A model generated the notes under the pieces. That model worked only from the letters and a program-made list of their open reading frames with translations. It was not told the origin of the DNA and did not search any database. Both the position numbers and the translations under genes were made by a program. From Chiloscyllium plagiosum (Eukaryota): DNA of 45,427 nt. The stretch's first letter is position 1. Each line of letters starts with the position of its first letter. Location: NCBI RefSeq assembly GCF_004010195.1, contig NC_057728.1, positions 54,102,710 through 54,148,136 of the forward strand, written 5' to 3'. This document shows positions 36,951 through 45,427 of this stretch, piece by piece.

Positions 36951-37265
36951 ACTCCGCTGCAAAAGTGCTCTATTTTAAACAAGCCATAAGGAATAATTTA
37001 GCAATGTTTGAATTGTGCTTCTGGCAGCTAAGATATAAATCTCCAGTGGATTCCTCATCCTCTGAATTGTAATAGTGCACCGTGGTTTTTCAGCGCTCAA
37101 CTGTGTTCAACAATGAGTTTGACTCTAGCTAGTTTACATTGAAAAACATTTGGCTTTTCAAAAAGGCTGCTACAGTGATTTGAGTCTACTGTAATGAACA
37201 CCAAGCTTTTTCCTCTTACCACGCAAGTAAACTCACCTATGCAAGTAGACACTTTCTGAAATTGT

Positions 37266-37560
37266 TAGTCATAGTCACATAGCCATGCTGCATAGAAACA
37301 GACCCTTTTGGTTCAACCAGTCCATGCCAAACAATCCCAAACTAAACTGGTCCCATCTGCCTGCTCCTAGACCATACCCTTTCAAACCTTTGCAATTCAT
37401 GTACTTATCAAAATGTCATTTAAATGTTGTAATTGTATCCACATCCTCCACTTGAAGTTCATTCCATGTATGACCCACTCTCTGTTCTTGAAATGCTCCT
37501 CAGATCTTTTTCCCCCCCCCCCTAATCTTAATGTAGCCCCTAGTCTTGAAATTTCTTATC
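37266..37560 (-). mobile_element. CR1 3'-end fragment
   Basis: tagtcatagtcacatag...gaaacagacccttttggttcaaccagtccatgcc. Confidence 0.8.
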
Positions 37561-38101
37561 TCTACATGAGAATTCTTAAATTTTTTTTTCACTGACTTGG
37601 CAACAAATTCATGCTCTTTAATGTGATTGAGTTGGATTTGCACAAGGATTTATTTGAGGAAAGTGAGGTTTTAGTGCAGAATAGGTTAACAAATGAGTTA
37701 TGGGGCTGAAAGAGTTTTTGGCTATAGACAGGATGGAGTTGGTTTTTTGTTTCTTTCACTCACTCACTCACTCATAGGATTTGGATGTTGCTCATTGTGC
37801 CAGCGTTGGTTGCCTTTTTTGGCCAACTGGCTCATGGAGGCAGTTCACTATGTGCTCGAGATGGATCCACAATGCCGTGTAAGCAGGAATTCTGGGGTTT
37901 TGGCAAGTGAAGGAATGACACTTATTTTCAAGTCAGGATGGTGAATAGCTTACAGGAAATTTGTCCCCATGTACCTGCTGCCTCTGATATCACTTTACAA
38001 ATGAGTCAAATGGCAAAGCCTAACCACAGGCTTTCTTTTAAAGACCAGTTTCTGGTTGTGTACAAATTTTAATTAAATTCACTTTTTTTTCTCTCTTGCA
38101 G

Positions 38102-38302
38102 TGTGTTTGAACTGGAGGATTGCATAAGTGAATATGGAAGCAAGTCTGTTAAATATTGGAATTTTCAAGTAATCACGTCAGATAATATGCACTTTCTTTA
38201 CTGATCAATGTCATCTGGAGGAATCACACTTGGAATCTAGTTTGGCAGGATTACTGCAAGTTTTTTTGCCACCTTAAGATTTTACATTAAGGATTTTCAA
38301 AC
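38102..38302 (+). other. 5' UTR part of the first coding exon
   Basis: Polypyrimidine tract (actttttttt ctctcttgcag) ending in AG at 38100-38101, 201 nt upstream of the PMCA ATG; gives a 400-nt exon. Confidence 0.7.
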
Positions 38303-38501
38303 ATGGATGATATGAATAATACAGTGAAGTATCTCCCAAGAAAAACAATTGATGATCATGATGAAGGGCAGTTTGGTTGCACGCTTGTGGAGCTTCGTGA
38401 TCTTATGGAACTGCGATCGATAGAGGCTGTGCACAAAATAGAAGAGTGTTATGGAGATGTCGAAGGACTTTGTACACGGTTGAAAACTTCACCTGTAGAA
38501 G
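38303..38501 (+). CDS. ATP2B4: First coding exon of a plasma membrane calcium-transporting ATPase (PMCA, P2B-type), ATP2B4-like; 66 codons plus 1 nt, gene continues beyond the window
   Basis: Translates [66 protein letters not shown](G). It contains the PMCA N-terminal signature FGxTxxELRxLMELR...YGDVxGLCxRLKTSPxEG. Kozak context aacATGg. Phase-1 donor GAAG|gtaaac at 38501/38502, the position where vertebrate ATP2B genes have an intron. PMCA identity is firm; the ATP2B4 call (LMELRS plus KTSPVEG) is only moderately supported. Confidence 0.92.
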
Positions 38502-39616
38502 GTAAACTCTTGCACTCTTTTCCTGTTTCAAACTAAGTTTTCTAATGCATATAGCTCTGAATAGTTCACAAGAAAATGCCTTACTGGGAGTATGATAACT
38601 GAAGGTTGAAACTTTGTTCTGAGTTCTTTTAAAATGTAAACAAACAATTCGGTTTTGAGTAGATTAATTTTGTTATACAGCTGAAGTGTGTATATTTTTG
38701 TCAAGGTCTTTTTGGTCCAATTTTATGAGCACACATCCATATTGACATTTTAGATGTCAATTTTAATAATATGAATTATTTGCATGTTGCAATCATGAGC
38801 AGGATATGACCAAAATTGACTTTCAAATTGTCTTTGCTCTTTGGGAGCATGAAGGTAATTAAGTTGTGATCTTCTTTGCGCTGCCTTTTTTTTTTTAAAA
38901 TTTCATTTGAGAGAATCCTTTCCTAATTCATATAAATTCAGTTGCATGTGTTCAATGCTCCCAATTCTGCATTCTTGCACTGTGACACTTCCTATAATCT
39001 TTTGAGTTTCATTGTACAGTGTAAACTGATTTGAGTTTAAAATGTAAAACTACTAGCTGTTTTCAAAATCAAATTAAGTTTTTTTTTTCCTCATTTGTTT
39101 TGATGCCAATTTAATGTACTTGTGTGGTAACTTTTTTTGTCCATGTTTCATTTTTGGCTCTAGTCTTTTGGGACATACAATGCAAGTTGATATGAACAAC
39201 TAAATTTAAAATGTATTGAGCTGGAATAGATTATCTTCACTGATACTAAAAATGGACTGACTTTTTTGACTTTCCCCTGGCCCTGATCCTATCTCCAGTA
39301 CCCAATTCTTATATTTCAGCGTAGTACCTTCAGGTTAAGAAAGATTATTTTGCTACTGCTTTCATTTCTTAAGCTCAGTGAATCGGCCAAATCTGGCTAC
39401 CTTGGTCAGAAAATTTGGGGTAGCAACCAACAGTGTACAGTTACATGCTGTATTGTTGTCTAAGTTGTATGGCTCCCTAAATGTGCATCTCAAGTTGAAT
39501 TTTGCACTGCCCATTTCTATAGCATGGGACAAAACACTTTAATATGCAGGTTCATAAGTTAATATTTCTTAACTTCCAAATTAATGAATTACAACCTTTC
39601 AAATCCATGACCACTA

Positions 39617-39830
39617 CCATTCAGAAGGACATATAAAGCTGCATATAATTGGAGGATCCACCATCTGAGAGTTTTTTTTTAAACTGCTGAATATACTGAC
39701 TTTGATACACATTTCAATTTGTTCAGTATCACTGGGTCAAAATCCTGGATTTTTTTCCACCGCCTTCTGAAAGACAACTGGAGATGGGGAACAAATGCTG
39801 GCACTGTGCTTGGATCACGAGTGAATTTAA
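39617..39830 (+). mobile_element. LINE 3' fragment (same family as 2884)
   Basis: ttcagtatcactgggtcaaaatcctgga...ccaccgccttctgaaagacaactggagatggggaacaaatgctgg. Confidence 0.6.
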
Positions 39831-39914
39831 ATAAACACTTCCCGTATGTCCTGTGACTCATTAACTTTAGTGACCAGATTGAAGGCAGAATGGTAGATGT
39901 TGAATGACGGTTCT

Positions 39915-40955
39915 GCATGATTGGTTAGTAATGCAAGGTCACGTGGAATACAAAGGGATCTAGTCTATTGGATGCAACATTCCTTGAAGGTAGCAGACAA
40001 TGGTGGTAGAGGAGTGTGTTTAGGCTGGGAGGTCTGTGACCAACTATGTGCTACAAAGATCGGTGCTGGGTCTACTGCTTTTCATTAGTTTATATAAAAA
40101 CTATTTGAATATAGTGGTTTGATACTACCAAAATTGGTCATGTGGTCAGTGAACATTTGAGTATGATGGGCCAATGGGCTGAGGAGGGGCAGGTAGTCTT
40201 TAATGTAGATAATGAGGTGCTGCCTTTTTGGAAAGACAAATCCAGGGCTTGAAGACTAAATATTGGGCCTCTGGAGAGTGCTAAATAGATCTTGGTGCAG
40301 GTTCATAGTGTCTGGAAAGTGGACTAGCAGGTAAATAACATGGTGTGAAAGGCATTTGGTACACTTACTGTCATTGGCCAGTGCATCGAGTACAGAAATT
40401 GAGATGTCACGTTGTGGATGTACAGCACATTGGTTAAACCATTTTTTTTTTGGAATACTGTTCAATTCTGGTCTCTTTGCTAAGGGAAAGATGTTGAGAC
40501 TTTAAAGGGTTCAGAAAAGATTTACAAGGATTTGAGCTATAGGGAGAGGCTGAAATAGATGGGGTGTTTTTTTTCCCCCTGGTGTCAGGCTGAGGGGTGA
40601 CTTTTTTTTGTAGAGGCTTTTAAAATCCATGGCATGAATAGGGTAAATAGCGCATGCCGCCACCCCCAGCACAAGTAGGGGAGTTCAAAAACAGAGGGTA
40701 TAAGGTGAGAGGGGTAAGGTTTTTAAAAAGGACCAGAGGGACAACATTCATCACAAAAGATGTATGGAATGAGCTGCCAGAGGAAATGGAGGCTAGTACA
40801 ACTTACAGCCATTTTTTAAAAGGCATCTAGGTGGGCAAATGAATAGAAAGGGTTGAGAGATATGGGCCAAATGCTGACAAATGGGCCTAGATTAATTTAG
40901 GATATCTGGTCTGCATTGAATCAAACCAAAGGGTCTCTTTTCATGCTGCACATCA
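39915..40955 (+). mobile_element. Degenerate CR1 LINE (RT to 3' UTR)
   Basis: aaggtcacgtggaata (RSHGI); gatcggtgctgggtctactgctt (SVLGPLL); gaatactgttcaattctggtc (EYCxQFW); tggaatgagctgccagagg (WNELPE); tail ccaaagggtctctttt. Confidence 0.88.
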
Positions 40956-42524
40956 TTGTGGTGGGGGAAGAAATAAGTAGAATGCATTGCTTTTGAACTG
41001 ATTTTTGTTTTCTGAAAATATTTGAACTCTTCCACTTTGTTTTTTGGCTTGTTTTACTCTCTATATGGGCCTTTAAGATTGTGGCAGGTATCCTGTTCCC
41101 ATATTGCTGCCTATTTAGATCATGTGCTGCTAGTTGACATTCTTAACTCTGCTTCCCTTGGATGGGCGTGATTTTTTTTTGCTGTCTTTAGTTTCGAAGC
41201 TTGGATTAGTAAGTTATCTTACGCCTGTTTAAGCTTTGACCCAAGTTATGCAGCTATTGCATTGTTTTATTAAATAGCAATGTTTTTAAATAAAAACATT
41301 GGGGAAGAATCAATCTTATTAACTATTTATATGGTGAATTGACTCTTTCTGGTTCACATACAACTACCCAACTGGGTCGACTTGTTCCCTTTGTCCATGA
41401 AGTAACATTGAGGAAAAAGTTGTGCTTAATCCAAATTGAGACATTTCAGTGGGTGATACAATCTTAGATTAAATTGACTGACTCTTTTAAAAATCAGCTG
41501 GTTTGGTTCCCACTTCAGCCAATCCTGGTGAATTGGCACCAGAGTTTTCCAGTGGCTAGGCAACAACCACACTTGCCATGGAGACAGCACAATTTTTAAC
41601 CAGTGGGTTATAATAGCCATTGGAGATTTGAATAATGATCTCTAATGGATGTGGAGGTTTTGTGGTCTAGAACCTCCCCTTGTTTAATTTGGGAAGGAGT
41701 GTGAACTGCAAGCACCTAACATATTTGTTTGAATGCAGTTTTAGGAAATATGGCTGAATTTTTGAGGTCTGCACATACTTCAATTATTCCAGAAGTAGAA
41801 TCTAATTTGGTTACACTTCTCCATTTTCAGTCTTTTCAGAAGTTCAGTGTGCACCATATCTGCACTGTGACTTCTAGTGACTTTTTTCCATGGGGAATCT
41901 AGTCTTCCTAAGCCTCCCCAATTTTGTTTGCTGTTTTTACTTTACTGCTAAAAACGCCACATGCACTAGAGTTTCCTTTCCTTTGGCTGACTGTCCTGAT
42001 TAAGATTCATTCAGGTTTTTTTTTTGCATTCTCATCTGAATATCACTTGCAATAAACTTGCAAAGCATTGGTTATATCTTGTCTTGGACAAAGCACATCT
42101 TTTAAACATGTTTGGGTCTCCACTTTTTTTCCTGCTATAGACCAGTGTAATCTTTGCAAAGAGGCTATTTGCACCCTCGCTACCTAGTCAGTGACTGTTT
42201 GCTTGGTCCATTTGTCTGGCTTAATGTATGTGTAAGTGAGTGCCTGTTTAATTCTGGCTGCATTTATTCCACACAGAAGAAAATGCATTTTTTACATTAA
42301 AAATATTTTTAATGTTTATACCAAGATTTTCTCTGCACACCTTCAAACTTTCAGATGTTTTGTCGAAGAGGCAAATTGAAATCTAACATTTAAATTGTAT
42401 GGTGTTCCAAAATCTTTTGCTTTGCTTTTTTGAAACCTACTGATTGCATCCACCTCCAGACTATCATACAGCACCATCAGCCCCTCTAGTGCAAATCAAC
42501 TGTGCTGACTAGATATTGTGAATT

Positions 42525-43415
42525 TAATCTAGTCCCATTTGCCAGCATTTGGTCCATATCACTCAAGCCTCTTCATATACCCATGCATATGTTATAGCAT
42601 GGGTAAACACTCACTCCTGCTTTGCTTTAAACCAGCAACATGGTTTATCTTGTGCAGTGATCTCTGAAAATCAGAGGCCAGGAACTAGTTGAAATGAAAT
42701 GGCTATTAAAGTATAACAGAATATTAACCACTAACTATTTACAATTCCTTCCTGTAACCTATCATAAATATTTGTCAGATTTAAAACCCCCAATTAAGAT
42801 TTACTGAATTCAAATTTTTAAATCAGCCAGTAGTCAAATCTTAACTTCTAGATTTGTTCTCCAGGTTTGGTTTTTTTTCCTGTGCCAGCTCCTTCTCTTG
42901 GCAGGTACCTGAGTTCTGACCACCCCGCTGCCAACACGATACATTTGTATCTTGTTCAGAACACTTGGTGCTGTCAGGTAGTCCTGCTAGCTTTAAACTC
43001 TAAGGTACAGTGTGCACACATCTTCATAACACATACCTTTTGAATGTTGTTGTAATTGTACCAGCCGCCTCCACTTCCTTTGGCAGCTTGTTCCGTACGT
43101 GCACAACCCTCAATGTTGTCCCTCCAGTCCTCTCTTTTAATATTCTCACCTTCCAGTTTTGGACTCTCCTATCTTGGAAAAAGGCCATGGCTACTCACAC
43201 TATCCATACCCCTTAGACCTTTTTTATAAACCGTACAAGGTCACCCCCCCTCTACCTCCCCTCGAGGAAAACAACCCCAACCTGTTCAACCTTTTCCCTA
43301 TATCTCAAATCCTCCAGTTCTGGCAGCATTCTTGCAAACTTTTTTTCTGAACCCTTTTCAAGTTTCACAATGTCTTCCAATAGGAGGGAGAACAGAATTG
43401 AATGCAGTATTCAGT
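42525..43415 (-). mobile_element. CR1 3' fragment split by a solo LTR
   Basis: 42525-42589 and 43032-43415 join into sequence colinear with the CR1 at ~5730-6170. Confidence 0.8.
42590..43031. mobile_element. Putative solo LTR (442 bp)
   Basis: Starts TGTTAT and ends ATAACA (6-bp inverted termini, TG...CA). Flanked by a 4-bp direct repeat CATA (42586-42589 and 43032-43035). Cleanly interrupts a CR1. Confidence 0.75.
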
Positions 43416-44953
43416 GTTGTACTGATTCTGGAATGTATTCTAGCTAGAGATAGCTAAAGTTACAAGTTCAGTGTCAGCAGGCTGCTTCTTCGCCGACCCA
43501 ACTTTCTTCTAGTAAACAGGAAGTTAATACTTTTCTGTTTCTATTTACAGTATACTGCTAAATTGAACATACAATGGTACCCTCTCCCTGTACTTTTTAA
43601 TATCTGACAGATTTTACTCCAGGGTGAATTTGGTAAAGATAAAGTTGATACAGTATAAGCTGCATTGTTAAACATTCCTTGAGTTCTGCACTGAAGATTA
43701 AGAGCTCATTGAGTTGAAGGAGAGGGCTAATATTTTAGTGTTAGAATTAATGAATCCGAAGCAAAAAGTGTGCATAAATGGGGCCAGGACTTTGGGACCA
43801 CGCAATGTTGTACACTTTTTTGAAATAACTCCCTCTCTCTATGGTACTGAGTGCTGCAAGATCAGAGACTATGTCTTTCAGATCAAAGATTACATTGTGT
43901 GTGTGTGTGCGTGCCATACACCAGCTAGTTACCTAAACGACGTGCATACACCTACTGTGTATTGCCTGGACCATTTCCTGTATGGTATGGACATAAAATG
44001 CTTTCTATAAATGTGAACTTTTTAGCTATTTTTACTCTAGTACACTTAACTTGAGTATCAAACTAAATCTCTTCTGGGTCTGGAATTGAATTTGTCTTTT
44101 TTTGCCTGTACCCCTCCTTTTTAGGTTTTTCTGGGAAAAAGTAGGTCTGAAAACTTGCAGACATTAATGTTACTTTTTCATTTGGTGAACTGAACCACAC
44201 TGCTGTGTACCTATCAAGAATAGCAATATGGTCTAATTATAGCAAGACAGCATTAAGATTTACAAAATAGAAAATATGTTCAGTGGCTGTGAAAATGCAT
44301 TTTTTCTGTAAAGACTCCTCCATTTTTAAAGCCAGTAATGGACTTAATATAGCTCTAAATAAAGGAAAATCTACCATTTTGCTCCACCACATTTTGGTTT
44401 TGTTTTGTTGGCCAGCTATCTTTTTTTTTGGGAAAATACATTGCAATTAATTACTCATTGCACATTCTTTCTAGATAATCAAAGATGGAATCATTGCAGT
44501 TTCATTCTCCACTCCTCCCACTCCCTGCACCCCTTCAAAAAAGCTTTGGAGATTATCTTGCTGTGACCAAATAAGCTGACTGTGTATTCTGGAAGTGTTT
44601 TTTAAGGTTTGCAACTAGGCAGTAATTTAAATGCATTTTAGAGCACTATAAAAATACTGTACTGTGATTCCTGTGTTTTCAACATTTCCTCCCCCCCCCC
44701 CCCCCTGTTTTTAAAAGGTTCTTTTTTAATATCTAAGGATTTGTTTAACCTCTTCTAGGAAAGCATTCACTAAATTTGATTGCATTTCCCTTGCTTTTTG
44801 AATTTTCTAAATGAGTGGAAAGCCATTACTCATGAGTTTGAGGCCACCTGAAGAGTTGTTCTGGTGCACCATAACTCATCACATTTTTACCTGAACAGAA
44901 ATACTTCAATACATAAGAACCAAATAGTGAGCCTGTCTTTCAGTACTGTCATC

Positions 44954-45108
44954 TGTGGCTCAGACAGTAGCACTCTGACTTCTGAAATGGAAACTTATAG
45001 GTTCAGGCCCTAGTCTGGGGCTGGAGTACCAAACTAAAAGGCTGACTTTCTAGTGTAGTCCAGAGGGAGCATGGCATTGGAGGTGCTGTCTTTTGGATAT
45101 GTTAAAGT
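44954..45108 (+). mobile_element. Deu-domain SINE 5' part, interrupted by a Penelope element
   Basis: tgtggctcag head; ggttcaggccc box B-like motif; ggctgactttctagtgtagtccagagggagcatggcattggaggtgctgtcttttggat Deu core. Confidence 0.7.
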
Positions 45109-45115
45109 GAAGGAG

Positions 45116-45427
45116 GAGAAAGTGAGGTCTGCAGATGCTGGAGATCCAAGCTGAAAATGTGTTACTGGAACAGCACAGCAGGTCAGGCAGCATCCAGGGA
45201 ACAGGAGAATCGACGTTTCGGGTATAAGCCCTTCTTCAGGAATGAGGAAAGTGTGTCCAGCAGGCTAACCTAAAAGGTAGGGAGGGGCGGCGTTGGAAAT
45301 GCGATAGGTGGAAAGAGGTCAAGGTGAGGGTGATAGGTCAGACTGGGGTGGGGGCAGAGAGATCAGGAAGAAGATTGCAGGTTAGGAAGGCGGTGCTGAA
45401 TTCGATGGATTTGACTGAGACAAGGTG
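45116..45427 (-). mobile_element. Penelope-like element 3' terminal repeat, continuing past the window end
   Basis: gagaaagtgaggtctgcagatgctggagat...; closely similar to 32153-32320, which is attached to GIY-YIG sequence; CpGs retained. Confidence 0.88.
45207..45244 (-). ncRNA. Minimal hammerhead ribozyme motif (Penelope-associated)
   Basis: Minus strand CAUUC-CUGAAGA-A-GGG-CUUAUA-CCC-GAAA-CGUC-GAUUC. Intact core, palindromic ACGU helix III and GUC triplet (cleavage predicted after 45212). Helix I is weak. Confidence 0.6.

Noticed and set aside
38502..38536. ORF tail [10 protein letters not shown]
   Set aside because: Intronic read-through past the splice donor; PMCA similarity stops at SPVEG.
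1..45427. CRISPR arrays, operons or other prokaryotic systems
   Set aside because: The sequence is vertebrate intron and intergenic DNA; recurring motifs are dispersed retroelement ends, not regularly spaced repeats.

Overview
Eukaryotic vertebrate genomic DNA, almost certainly from a shark or other elasmobranch (inferred from HE1/V-SINEs, Deu-domain SacSINE-like elements, CR1/HER1-type LINEs and Penelope-like elements). The window holds the 5' end of a plasma-membrane Ca2+-ATPase gene (PMCA/ATP2B family, best resembling ATP2B4) on the + strand. It comprises a CpG-island promoter (~14.3-14.8 kb), a non-coding first exon ending at a CAG|GTAAGC donor (15439), a ~22.7-kb first intron, and the first coding exon (38102-38501, ATG at 38303), which carries three short uORFs. 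The remainder is intergenic or intronic and rich in decayed transposons, several of them nested. There is one assembly gap (10067-11048). Almost all ORFs in the supplied track are spurious or transposon debris. The most notable non-obvious signal is a set of minimal hammerhead-ribozyme motifs in Penelope-like terminal repeats, two with an intact catalytic core. This class is known from other animals, so I cannot claim a wholly new system. Repeat boundaries and family names are by-eye recognitions and approximate.
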